Shown: positions 1 to 9,909 of the stretch, piece after piece
Numbering within the stretch: position 1 is the first letter of the stretch
Layout: each line of letters opens with the position of its first letter
Sequence record: SRR20825010_6878
Strand: one strand, 5' to 3'
Length of the DNA: 43,617 nucleotides
The notes under the pieces: generated by a model
The model's database searches: none
Told to the model about the DNA's origin: nothing
What the model saw: only the letters and a program-made list of their open reading frames with translations
Program-made: the position numbers and the translations under genes

Positions 1-28
1 TGACCAATGACCAATGACCAATGACCAA
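1..28 (+). repeat. Perfect heptamer tandem repeat (TGACCAA)x4, cut by the window edge
   Basis: Read directly: tgaccaa at 1-7, 8-14, 15-21, 22-28, then a degenerate ttaacta. Related units precede other permease starts. Confidence 0.95.
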
Positions 29-50
29 TTAACTATTAAACCAACAAGCC

Positions 51-2396
51 ATGCTACGAAACTACATCAAAGTTGCTTTTAGAAACCTGAGAAGAAACAA
101 GCTCTATGCAAGTCTGAATATACTTGGTTTGAGTATTGGTTTGGGGTCATTCTTTATCATTTACCTCTTCCTTCAGAATGAATTGGCCTATGACCAGTTC
201 CATGAAAAGAAGGACAGGATTTATAGGGTGTTAACTACCTCTGATGTCGAATATGGTGTAGAGAGACAAACTGCCATTAGCTATGCTTTTTCGCCAAAGT
301 TTGTGGAGAGTGTGCCAGGTATAGCGGCTTTTAGTAGAATCTTCAGCAGATCAATTCCCTTTACGTTTACTGAAAAAAAGGAGAATGAAATTGACGTAGC
401 AACGGTCACTGTCGATCGTGATTTCTTAAATTTCTTTTCGATAGATCTTATTCAAGGTTCGGCCGAGACAGTATTTAAAGAGCCAAATGCCATTCTAATT
501 AGTGAATCAACTGCTTTGACTCATTATGGGACAGCTGATGTCGTTGGTAAAACAGTTGGCTACTATACTACCGATAAATATATTATTGAAGGTGTATTTC
601 GAGATTTGCCTAAAACTTCATCCATTAAGCTTGATGCAATTATTCTTAATGAAAAAATATTTGGTTATATGGGAGAAGGGAATTGGAATGGGACTTCAAC
701 TAATATGCAAGCTTACTTACTGCTGAACGAAAATACCGATGTGACTAATGTGGAAAACCAACTCACTGAGCTTTTTTTACAAAATTCTAAAAGGGCGGTA
801 GGTAAAGAGTTGATTTTACAGCCCATAACCGATGTTCACTATTCCTTAGATGTTAAAGATCCGGTGACAGAGAAGACCGATAAGCAGTACGTTTCTATTT
901 TCGCTTTTGTGGCTGTGTTTATTTTGGCCTGCTCTGTTTTCAATTATATAAGTTTGGCTGTATCTCAATCTATTGAAAGGGCAAAGGAAATAGGGGTAAG
1001 GAAAGTAACGGGAGCCAGTAAATTGGAGCTTGGCAAACAGTTTATTTTGGAATCTCTAATTCATGTCTTTATCAGCTTTGTAGTTGCTTTGATTTTAATA
1101 GAACTACTCATTCCACAACTCGAAGGGTTGATAGAGAGGGATTTAGGAATCAGCGTTTTAGCACAGCCTGTATTATTGGTCAAAGGCATTGGGTTTTCTT
1201 TGATTATTGCATTGCTCTGTTCGCTTTACCCAACCTATTTAAGTACAAGATTGAAAGTGGTGAAAGTCTTTAAAAATGGCAAAGGTAGCTTTTCATCTCA
1301 AAGAATAATCAACTCCATAAGTGTCTTTCAAATTGTTGTATTTGTGGTGCTTATCTGTGTTTCTGTCACGGCCAACAGACAAATGGGTTTTATGCGTAAC
1401 GAAAATTTAGGTTTCGATAAAGACCATCAACTGGTGCTAGAAAACATGCCATGGAGAACCAGAGAGGTGCATAAAAATGAATTGTTAAAATTGGTAGGTG
1501 TGAAATCGGTCAGCAGTGGTAGCCAACTTCCAAACGATGTTGTGTCTTCTTTGACCATCAAAGAGCATGATTTTCAGTTGAGTTTCTTCGAAATAGATGA
1601 CGACTATTTTAAAACTTTAGGGGTAGAATTATTAGGGGGGAGAGATTTTTTACCTGAAGATGTTGACTCCTCAAAATTGGTAATGATTAACGCTACAGCT
1701 GCCAAGAGGTTAGGCTATGACATACATACTGCAGTTGGTAAAAATTTAAGCCCAAGTTCTTCTTGGAGAATCATTGGCGTGGTCAGTGATTTTCATTTTG
1801 CTTCCAAAAAAGAACTCATAGCGCCGGTAGTTTTTAAACAAGTGGTTGAAGGCTCTCCAAGCAATCAGTTTTTAGTCAAACTTGATGGATCGAATTGGGC
1901 ATCCACAACAAAGACAGTTTTAGATTATTACAATAACATTCCTAATCTGAGAGAGCCTTCGTATTTCTTTTTTGAAGACCGTATTGACGCACAATACAAA
2001 CAAGAAAACGTAATGATTACCATGCTAAATACCTTTACGGTGATTGCAGCTTTGGTGGCTTTTATTGGGTTGTTCGGTATTGCGGGTTACTCAGTAAAGC
2101 GGAGGTTAAAAGAAATGGGTATTCGTAAGGTGCTGGGAGCAGGCTTTTTGAGCATTCAGAAAACGCTTAATGTATCAAGCGTCTGGAAACTACTGATTGC
2201 GGTGGCTATTGCTGTACCAGTGGTGGTGTATTGGATGGACAATTGGCTCAGTTCTTTTGCTTATCGAATTGAAATGCCTGTTTTCCTGATCTTCGGAGCC
2301 ATTGCTGTTGCCTCAATCGTGATTTTTCTTACGGTTTCCATTCACAGCATAAAAGCCTATTTGATTAACCCAGTGGAGATATTGAAAGATGAGTGA
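51..2396 (+). CDS. ABC transporter permease, MacB/FtsX-type with duplicated periplasmic core and FtsX domains (paralog 1)
   Basis: 781 aa. N-terminal MLRNYIKVAFRNL plus TM helix, two R.KE.G(V/I)RK(V).GA motifs, C-terminal NPVEILKDE. Confidence 0.93.
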   Translation: MLRNYIKVAFRNLRRNKLYASLNILGLSIGLGSFFIIYLFLQNELAYDQFHEKKDRIYRVLTTSDVEYGVERQTAISYAFSPKFVESVPGIAAFSRIFSRSIPFTFTEKKENEIDVATVTVDRDFLNFFSIDLIQGSAETVFKEPNAILISESTALTHYGTADVVGKTVGYYTTDKYIIEGVFRDLPKTSSIKLDAIILNEKIFGYMGEGNWNGTSTNMQAYLLLNENTDVTNVENQLTELFLQNSKRAVGKELILQPITDVHYSLDVKDPVTEKTDKQYVSIFAFVAVFILACSVFNYISLAVSQSIERAKEIGVRKVTGASKLELGKQFILESLIHVFISFVVALILIELLIPQLEGLIERDLGISVLAQPVLLVKGIGFSLIIALLCSLYPTYLSTRLKVVKVFKNGKGSFSSQRIINSISVFQIVVFVVLICVSVTANRQMGFMRNENLGFDKDHQLVLENMPWRTREVHKNELLKLVGVKSVSSGSQLPNDVVSSLTIKEHDFQLSFFEIDDDYFKTLGVELLGGRDFLPEDVDSSKLVMINATAAKRLGYDIHTAVGKNLSPSSSWRIIGVVSDFHFASKKELIAPVVFKQVVEGSPSNQFLVKLDGSNWASTTKTVLDYYNNIPNLREPSYFFFEDRIDAQYKQENVMITMLNTFTVIAALVAFIGLFGIAGYSVKRRLKEMGIRKVLGAGFLSIQKTLNVSSVWKLLIAVAIAVPVVVYWMDNWLSSFAYRIEMPVFLIFGAIAVASIVIFLTVSIHSIKAYLINPVEILKDE

Positions 2397-2518
2397 AATA
2401 ATGAGATAATGATTTAATGAGTGAAGGGATTAATGAAGGAAGCATTGAAGACCGAAGACGGAAGTGAGAAGTAAGTTTTTACCAATGACTAATGACTAAT
2501 TAACCAATAAACTAAGCC
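2391..2518 (+). repeat. Tripartite inter-permease spacer 1
   Basis: 8-mers TAATGAGA/TAATGATT/TAATGAGT/GAAGGGAT/TAATGAAG at 2399-2438. GAAGACC-GAAGACG-GAAGT at 2447-2465. ACCAATG-ACTAATG-ACTAATT from 2481. Confidence 0.85.
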
Positions 2519-4870
2519 ATGATTAACTTTTTAAAAACGGGAATAAGGAATCTAAGGAAAGGTAAATTCTTCGCAATGGTGAATATCCTGAGCCTTAGTT
2601 TGGGTATGTTCTGTTTCATTATCACTTCCCTTTACGTAAGGGATGAGATTACGCATGATAAGTGGCATAAGAAGGTAGATCGAATTTTTACTACCGAGGT
2701 AATTATGAACTTTAATAACGGTGCCCCTCAATCTTGGCTGCCGCCATTTGCCTTGAGAGAAGCCCTACTCAATGAAAGTCCGGGGGTAGAAACGATTGCT
2801 AATGTTGGTTCTAAATTGTCTGATGAGTATCGAATTGCTGACGACTGGTTTGAAACTGGCGACTTACATTATACCGAACCGTCTTTCTTTAGAATATTTG
2901 ATTTTGGTTTGAAATGGGGAAATCAAGAAAGTGCATTGGTAGAACCTCATAGCATAATTCTTTCTTCTGCCTTGGCGAAAAATCACTTTGGTGATAAAAA
3001 CCCTGTTGGAGAGTTCATTGAGTTTAAGGAAAAAGGAGTTTTTAAGGTTACTGGGGTTTTAAATCCTATACCGAGTAATTCACACTTGCAGTTTGACATG
3101 TTGATGTCGGCTAACTTTAATGAAGCTCCATACTCTCAATATAAAGATCGTTGGTCATTAGGCTATGGCCAAAACTACATTTTACTTAAAGAAAACTATA
3201 CAGCTGATCAACTAGCTGAAGATGCCAAGGCGATTTTGATAAATAATAAAAACAAAACCTATGCTGAAGGCTTGGTGGTGAACTCATTTGGCGACTTATA
3301 TTTAGACGGAAAAACATATGGTTATGAAACCAAGATGTTTGGTGGGCAAAGGAGGTACATTGTTATATTTTCTCTTGTTGGAGGTTTGATTTTATTGGTG
3401 GCTTGTTTCAATTATGTAAACCTACATACTGCCAGAACTTTTGCCAGAACCAAAGATTTAGCCATACGCAAAGTGATTGGCGCCAGCCGAACCCGATTAC
3501 TTTCTTTGTTAGTAAGTGAAACTGCTTTTATCGCCTTTGTCTCATTAATAGTAGCCGTTATCGCTGTAGAACTAAGTTTAGGTAGTATCAATTCAGTTCT
3601 TAATAAAAGGCTTGAATTCTCTTTGTTCAATAACCTAGTGCTATTATTTATTCCAGGAACTGCTTTACTATTAGTAGTGCTCATTTCAGGTGTTTATCCT
3701 GCCATTGTTGCCTCATCATTCAATATTTCAAATTTACTAAAGGGGGTATTTCCATATTCGAAAACATCATCCTTGCAAAAAGGCCTGCTTGTTTTTCAGT
3801 TTCTCATCTGTGCTGGCCTTCTAATGAGTGCTTTGGCTATTAGGTCTCAGGCAAAATTTATGATCAATATGGATTTCGGATACAATGTTGAAAATGTGCA
3901 TTACATAGATTTATACAAAGGAGGCTTTTCCGGTAAGTATGAACAACTGAAAACGGAGTTGGAGAGAATTCCTCAAATTTTAGATGTAAGTGGAGCTCCA
4001 ATGCCCACCCGAGGACTTGGCTTTTCATTTCCTATTGAGAAAGATGGAGAGAAGGTATTGATAGACTTTACAACTGGAGCTGCTGATATCGATTTCACTG
4101 ATTTACTAGAAATTGAAATTCTTCAAGGAAGATCATTCACTGAACTCGAAACTTCTGAATTGACAAAGGCCGTTCTGATTAACGAAACAGCCTATAAAGA
4201 ATTGGGTGTTGATGACCCGATTGGAATGGAGTTGGCCGGCAGGTATAAGGTTGCTGGGGTTATGAAGGATTTTCATTTTGCTGACGCAAAGAGTCAGATT
4301 AGTCCAATACTTATTTCTACCAGGAAATCTCAAATCCCAAACCTTCATTTCAAGTTTAAGGAAGGAGAAAGAGCAACGGTAATGCTTGCTGTTAAAAACG
4401 TATGGGAGAGTTTTAATACAGGAACTCCATTCGACACTACCGAATTGGCTACATTTTATACATCTGCTTATCAGCAGGAAGAAACATTGGTTAGGATCTT
4501 CAATTGGCTTACAGCAATGCTTGTGGTCATCGCTTTCCTTGGTCTGTTTGCACTTTCTAGTTTCGAGGGACAATTGCGTGAAAAAGAGCTGGGAATCAGA
4601 AAAGTACTTGGTGCTAGTTACCTTCAATTAATCAAGGCACTAAGTCAACGGTTTGTGGTTCTGGTTGTCTTGGCGTTACTCCTTGCGACACCAATCTGTT
4701 ACTATCTGATCAGTAATTGGTTGTCGTCATTTCCATACAGAATTTCTGATCTGACTCCACAGTTTTCCATTGCGACTGCGGCTATAGTTTTCCTTACCAT
4801 AAGTATTCTTGGTGCATATGGTTATTTGAGTTCAAGAAAGAATCCAGTAGATGTGTTGAGGAATGAATGA
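2519..4870 (+). CDS. ABC transporter permease, MacB/FtsX-type (paralog 2)
   Basis: 783 aa. RTKDLAIRKVIGA and REKELGIRKVLGA motifs, ends NPVDVLRNE. Confidence 0.93.
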   Translation: MINFLKTGIRNLRKGKFFAMVNILSLSLGMFCFIITSLYVRDEITHDKWHKKVDRIFTTEVIMNFNNGAPQSWLPPFALREALLNESPGVETIANVGSKLSDEYRIADDWFETGDLHYTEPSFFRIFDFGLKWGNQESALVEPHSIILSSALAKNHFGDKNPVGEFIEFKEKGVFKVTGVLNPIPSNSHLQFDMLMSANFNEAPYSQYKDRWSLGYGQNYILLKENYTADQLAEDAKAILINNKNKTYAEGLVVNSFGDLYLDGKTYGYETKMFGGQRRYIVIFSLVGGLILLVACFNYVNLHTARTFARTKDLAIRKVIGASRTRLLSLLVSETAFIAFVSLIVAVIAVELSLGSINSVLNKRLEFSLFNNLVLLFIPGTALLLVVLISGVYPAIVASSFNISNLLKGVFPYSKTSSLQKGLLVFQFLICAGLLMSALAIRSQAKFMINMDFGYNVENVHYIDLYKGGFSGKYEQLKTELERIPQILDVSGAPMPTRGLGFSFPIEKDGEKVLIDFTTGAADIDFTDLLEIEILQGRSFTELETSELTKAVLINETAYKELGVDDPIGMELAGRYKVAGVMKDFHFADAKSQISPILISTRKSQIPNLHFKFKEGERATVMLAVKNVWESFNTGTPFDTTELATFYTSAYQQEETLVRIFNWLTAMLVVIAFLGLFALSSFEGQLREKELGIRKVLGASYLQLIKALSQRFVVLVVLALLLATPICYYLISNWLSSFPYRISDLTPQFSIATAAIVFLTISILGAYGYLSSRKNPVDVLRNE

Positions 4871-4928
4871 GTTAATGAAGTAAGGAATTAATGAGACAAT
4901 GAATTAATGAAAGAAGGGATTAACAACG
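4865..4928 (+). repeat. Inter-permease spacer 2 (8-nt block only)
   Basis: GAATGAGT TAATGAAG TAAGGAAT TAATGAGA CAATGAAT TAATGAAA GAAGGGAT in exact 8-nt register, 4865-4920. Confidence 0.85.
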
Positions 4929-4940
4929 AAATGAAATAGT

Positions 4941-7292
4941 ATGAAAAACTTTTTAATAATCGGATTCAGAAGCTTCAAACGAGAGAAATTCTTTGCGGTG
5001 GTAAACCTTGTGGGGCTAACCCTCGGCATGTTTTGCTTTTTGGTTACAGCATTATATGTCAAAGATGAACTGACGCACGATAAGTGGCATAAGAATTCTG
5101 ATGAAATCTATTTCAGTGTAATTACCATGAATAAGGGTGGTGGCGTATCCTTCAACCTTTATCCTTCGGTACTTATTGTTGATGCCTTAATAGAGGAAAG
5201 TCCAGGGGTTAAAAATGCGGTAAACATTAGTATGGGGGCTTCCGCAGAGTTTAAAGTGGGTGAAGAATGGGTGAGCACCGATGGTTTTTTCCAGTCGAAA
5301 AGTGCTTTGTTCGATATTTTCGACTTCGATCTTAAATACGGTAATAAGGCCACCGCTTTGGAAAATCCTGAAAATGTGATTCTATCTTCTGAACTAGCCG
5401 AAACTTACTTTCCTGGACAAAACCCTGTAGGTGAATTCCTAGAATTCAAAGATAAAGGGATGAAGAAAATTTCAGGAGTATTGAATCCAATTCCGTCTAA
5501 TTCTTCTCTGCAATTTGATATGATCAGCCCCATTAATATGGCGGAGGAGCCTTATAAATACGGGGCTGGCAATTGGAATACAGGCTCAGGCCTCAATTAC
5601 TTCCTATTGAATGATGGCTATTCCCCTGAGAAGCTACTCGAAGATTTAAAGGCAACATTAGCCAAGCATGAAGCTGAAAGTATGGCTGAAAACTATCATT
5701 TCCGGTCTTTCTCCAATGCTTATATGAAGAGTGAAACCATGAGAAATCATGACAATATGTTCGGAGGGCAGGTGAAATACATTTACATATTTTCGCTCAT
5801 TGGCGGCCTTATGCTGTTAGTGGCTTGCTTCAATTACATCAACCTGACCACAGCCCGTTCATTTGCACGATCTAAGGACATAGGTATAAGAAAAGCAATT
5901 GGAGCCAGCAGAACACGGTTGGTGCTTAATCAAATGGGAGAAACGTTGTTTATTGCCTTTGCTTCTCTTATGGTAGCTATGATTGGTATTGAATTGATGC
6001 TTCCATCTATCAATTCAGTGATTGGTAAAAGCCTGAACTTAGATATTATCACTTCTCCAGAAGTGCTTTTTCTGCCAATTGGTTTATTGATTCTAGTGGT
6101 GGCTATTTCCGGCATTTACCCAGCGGTAACTGTGAGTAGCTTCAACCTATCTTCTATTCTCAAAGGGGATAACCCTAAGTCTCATGGTAATTTATTGAGA
6201 AAGTCTCTGGTGGTGCTTCAGTTTATTATTTGCACAGGGCTGTTAAGTGGTGCGATGATTATTCGTGGTCAGGCCAACCATATGATCAACCTTGATTTGG
6301 GTTATAATGCAACGGATATTCTGAGTATCGGACTTGATAGGGCAGGACTCACCGAAAACTATCAAGAATTAAGGGTCGAGTTGCAGGCCATTCCACAGAT
6401 AGAACAAGTTACAGGTTCCCCTTTGCCAAACCTTAATAGTGCCTACTTTTTTGATATTGGGGAAGGCGAAGAGAAAAAGCAGTTGACTGTTTTTTATGGC
6501 AATGCTGATAAGGATTTCAACGAAGTGTTCGGTTTGGAGATTACCCAGGGTACCGACTTTAGTCAGCTTACCGAATCCGAGTTAGTGAATGCGATTTTGG
6601 TGAATGAAGCCACCGTGAAAACTTTAGAATGGCAAGATCCAATAGGGAAAGAGCTTGCCGAAGGCTTTAAAATTGTTGGTGTAGTGAAAGACTTTCACTA
6701 TCAGTCCGCTCGGAGTACAATTGGGCCAGCCGTGATCAAATACAATAAAGATGAGATAAGGAATCTTCAATTCAAATTCAGGCATGGCGACAAGCAAGCG
6801 GTAGAAGCTCAAGTGGCACAAATTTTCGAAGACTTTGGGGTAGAACAACCTATCGAAATGGAAAATGTTGATTCTTTCTTTGCTCAATCATATGCCCGTG
6901 AAGAGAAGCTGGTAAGCATTTTCGATGTACTCACAGGCTTTTTAATGGCCATTGCCTTTTTGGGTCTATTTGCCCTTTCCACTTTTGAAAATCAACTTAG
7001 AGAGAAAGAAATTGGCATTCGAAAAGTGTTGGGCGCAGGGTATTTACAGCTGATAGGTACATTGAATCGCAGGTTCTTTGTCTTAATAATTATTGCACTA
7101 ATTGCCTCTATTCCAATTTGCTACTATTTGGTGAATCAATGGTTGGCTTCTTTTCCATACCGATTAGAGAATCTAAGTCTCTATTTTATTTATGCGCTCG
7201 GAGGTGTAATAGTACTCTCCATTGGTATTTTGAGTACACACGGTTACTTCAGCGCTAGAAAAAACCCGATAGAAGTGTTAAGGAATGAGTGA
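4941..7292 (+). CDS. ABC transporter permease, MacB/FtsX-type (paralog 3)
   Basis: 783 aa. RSKDIGIRKAIGA and REKEIGIRKVLGA motifs, ends NPIEVLRNE. Confidence 0.93.
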   Translation: MKNFLIIGFRSFKREKFFAVVNLVGLTLGMFCFLVTALYVKDELTHDKWHKNSDEIYFSVITMNKGGGVSFNLYPSVLIVDALIEESPGVKNAVNISMGASAEFKVGEEWVSTDGFFQSKSALFDIFDFDLKYGNKATALENPENVILSSELAETYFPGQNPVGEFLEFKDKGMKKISGVLNPIPSNSSLQFDMISPINMAEEPYKYGAGNWNTGSGLNYFLLNDGYSPEKLLEDLKATLAKHEAESMAENYHFRSFSNAYMKSETMRNHDNMFGGQVKYIYIFSLIGGLMLLVACFNYINLTTARSFARSKDIGIRKAIGASRTRLVLNQMGETLFIAFASLMVAMIGIELMLPSINSVIGKSLNLDIITSPEVLFLPIGLLILVVAISGIYPAVTVSSFNLSSILKGDNPKSHGNLLRKSLVVLQFIICTGLLSGAMIIRGQANHMINLDLGYNATDILSIGLDRAGLTENYQELRVELQAIPQIEQVTGSPLPNLNSAYFFDIGEGEEKKQLTVFYGNADKDFNEVFGLEITQGTDFSQLTESELVNAILVNEATVKTLEWQDPIGKELAEGFKIVGVVKDFHYQSARSTIGPAVIKYNKDEIRNLQFKFRHGDKQAVEAQVAQIFEDFGVEQPIEMENVDSFFAQSYAREEKLVSIFDVLTGFLMAIAFLGLFALSTFENQLREKEIGIRKVLGAGYLQLIGTLNRRFFVLIIIALIASIPICYYLVNQWLASFPYRLENLSLYFIYALGGVIVLSIGILSTHGYFSARKNPIEVLRNE

Positions 7293-7433
7293 AAGAAGGA
7301 GGGAAGGGAATAATGAATTAAGGGAAGAAGGGGATAATGAATTAATGAAAGAAGGCTGGAAGACGGAAGTCAGAAATGGTTTTTCGTTTTCACTACCAAT
7401 AACTAATTGACCAATAAACCATAATATCAACTG
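7287..7433 (+). repeat. Tripartite inter-permease spacer 3
   Basis: Nine 8-nt units at 7287-7358. GAAGACG-GAAGTCA-GAAA from 7359. T-tract, then ACCAATA-ACTAATT-GACCAAT units. Confidence 0.85.
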
Positions 7434-9785
7434 ATGAAATATTTTGAGACCGTATTCCGAAGCTTAAAGCGCGAGAAAGCCTTTACACTAATTAACCTTA
7501 TAGGTTTAAGTATTGGTATGTTCTGCTTTTTGGTAACTGCACTGTATGTTCGAGATGAAGTGACCTATGACCGTTGGCATGAGAATGCTCCTAACATCTA
7601 TATGTCGGTTTTGGAGATGAAAAGAGAAGATGGTACGTCATTTAAAGTAAGGCCATCTGATGCACTGATGCATGCATTGAAAGAGGAGAGTACCGCAGTA
7701 TTGGACGCTGTTAGTATAAGTAGAAACTCTTATGCTAGTTATATGGTCAATGATGAATGGATACGAACGGATAAACTGTTTTTCTCTTCACCGTCACTTT
7801 TTAAAGTATTTGATTTTGATTTAAAGTTTGGCAATGTAGAAACGGCACTGGCCGATCCCTCTGACATCATTCTTTCTTCTGCTATTGCAGAAACCCTTTT
7901 CCCGGGAGTTAACCCCGTAGGCGAAACGCTCACTTTTCAAAATAAAGGTAGCTTTAGAATAGCAGGGGTACTTAAGCCCATTCCTAAAAACAGTCATTTA
8001 AAGTTTGATTTTTTAGGGTCGATCTCTGCCGAAATATCGAATTACGATTTCAATAAAGACAATTGGCTAAATGGGTCAGGCTTCAGCTATTTTTTATTAA
8101 AAGAAGGGCATTCACCAAATGAGTTGATGGCAAACGCCAAGCAAATTTTGGCCCTACATGATGTTACACAAGTGGCGGACGGTCTTTCATTTCTTAAGTT
8201 CTCAGATCTATACCTCAATGGTCAAACTGAACGTTATGACGCTAAAAATTTGTTTGGTGGTCAATCAAAGTACTTATACATTTTTTCTCTTGTTGGTGGC
8301 TTAATTCTATTTGTCGCCTGCTTTAACTACATCAATCTGACTACGGCCCTTTCTTTTTCTAAGGTGAAGCAAATGGGCATTCGAAAAATAATGGGTGCAA
8401 GTCGCAGCCGTTTGGTACTTTCTCAAATGGTAGAAACTTTCGCCTTGTCCTTTTGTGCTTTAACTGTAGCATTAATTGGGCTCGAATTGGCATTGCCATA
8501 TGCACAGCCGCTTATTGGTAAAGAATTGGATATAAATTTTTTTCAAGCCCCGCAGTTATTATTGTTACCTATTGCCGTACTCATTCTTGTAGTACTGATC
8601 TCCGGAATTTACCCTGCAGTTTCATTGAGTTCTTTCAGTATTTCAGGAGTACTCAGGGGAGCATTGCCTCAATCTAAGGTGAATATTCTTCGAAAATCAC
8701 TCTTCGTATTACAGTTTATGATTTGTACTGGCTTGCTCATTACGGCCTTGGTTATTCGTGGGCAATCGAATTACTTAATCAATTTGGATAAGGGTTATAA
8801 CGAGGAAAATATAATGACTTTTAGCCTTTATCAGGAGGGGCGATCACTCGATTATCAGACCGTTAGAAATGCGCTAGAAGCAATTCCACAAATTGAAAAA
8901 GTAACTTCTTCTCCTCTGCCTCAGTTTGCGCCTCCGCCACCTATGACGATTTTGGTGGATGGAAAACCTGTTCCCATTACTATTTATTCTGGTGCAGCGG
9001 ATCAAAATTTTAATGAGCTATTTGAACTTGAAGTTTTAGAGGGGACAGACTTCTCTAAGCTGCCAAAAACTCAATTAGACAGTTTGGTTATCATCAATGA
9101 AACAGCAAAAAAGAAACTTAGTTTGAACCCAGCCATTGGGGCAGAAATGCCAAATGGTAGAACTGTGGTGGGAGTAGTGAAGGATTTTCATTTTTCATCG
9201 GCTAAAAATGTGATCGAACCCGCTATGATTACCTATACGGCTAATCCAAGGGGATTTGTTCAGTTTAAATATAGGGCTAACAATAAAGAGACAGTAAAAG
9301 CACAAATAGGTCTGGCACTTAATAAACTAGGAATAAAATCAGACCCTAACCTAACAGAGCTTGAAGGCTTTTTCTCACCTGCTTACGAAAAGGAATCACA
9401 GCTCATTACCATTTTCGATTTCCTTACTTTGATGGTTGTTTCGGTAGCTTTCTTAGGGCTCTTTGCGCTCTCTTCTTTCGAGAATAAACTGAGGGAAAAG
9501 GAAATAGGAATTAGAAAAGTCCTGGGTGCTACATATCTCCATTTGATTCAAACACTAAACAAACGCTTTACTTGGCTGATAGTGTTGGCCTTTATCGCAG
9601 CCGTTCCCCTTACCTACTATGGTTTAGAACATTGGATTACCGATTTCCCATACAGATTAGAAAACCTAACCCCGTTCTTTGTTCAAGCCATCATTATGGT
9701 GGGTGTATTGGCCATTGCTGTATTGGGTATTCATAGCTATTTCAGCACTCAGAAAAATCCTGTGGATGTGTTGAGGAGTGAGTGA
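7434..9785 (+). CDS. ABC transporter permease, MacB/FtsX-type (paralog 4)
   Basis: 783 aa. KVKQMGIRKIMGA and REKEIGIRKVLGA motifs, ends NPVDVLRSE. Confidence 0.93.
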   Translation: MKYFETVFRSLKREKAFTLINLIGLSIGMFCFLVTALYVRDEVTYDRWHENAPNIYMSVLEMKREDGTSFKVRPSDALMHALKEESTAVLDAVSISRNSYASYMVNDEWIRTDKLFFSSPSLFKVFDFDLKFGNVETALADPSDIILSSAIAETLFPGVNPVGETLTFQNKGSFRIAGVLKPIPKNSHLKFDFLGSISAEISNYDFNKDNWLNGSGFSYFLLKEGHSPNELMANAKQILALHDVTQVADGLSFLKFSDLYLNGQTERYDAKNLFGGQSKYLYIFSLVGGLILFVACFNYINLTTALSFSKVKQMGIRKIMGASRSRLVLSQMVETFALSFCALTVALIGLELALPYAQPLIGKELDINFFQAPQLLLLPIAVLILVVLISGIYPAVSLSSFSISGVLRGALPQSKVNILRKSLFVLQFMICTGLLITALVIRGQSNYLINLDKGYNEENIMTFSLYQEGRSLDYQTVRNALEAIPQIEKVTSSPLPQFAPPPPMTILVDGKPVPITIYSGAADQNFNELFELEVLEGTDFSKLPKTQLDSLVIINETAKKKLSLNPAIGAEMPNGRTVVGVVKDFHFSSAKNVIEPAMITYTANPRGFVQFKYRANNKETVKAQIGLALNKLGIKSDPNLTELEGFFSPAYEKESQLITIFDFLTLMVVSVAFLGLFALSSFENKLREKEIGIRKVLGATYLHLIQTLNKRFTWLIVLAFIAAVPLTYYGLEHWITDFPYRLENLTPFFVQAIIMVGVLAIAVLGIHSYFSTQKNPVDVLRSE

Positions 9786-9909
9786 AATAATGAGAGAAGG
9801 GATTAAGGAACTAATGAGACAATGAATTAATGATAAAAGGTTGGAAGCCCGAAGACGGAAGTCAGAAATAGATTTTCATTTTCACCTTTAACCAATAGAC
9901 CAAAGAACT
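9780..9909 (+). repeat. Tripartite inter-permease spacer 4
   Basis: 8-nt units at 9780-9843. GAAGCCC-GAAGACG-GAAGTCA at 9844-9864. T-tract, then TAACCAA-TAGACCAA. Confidence 0.85.
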
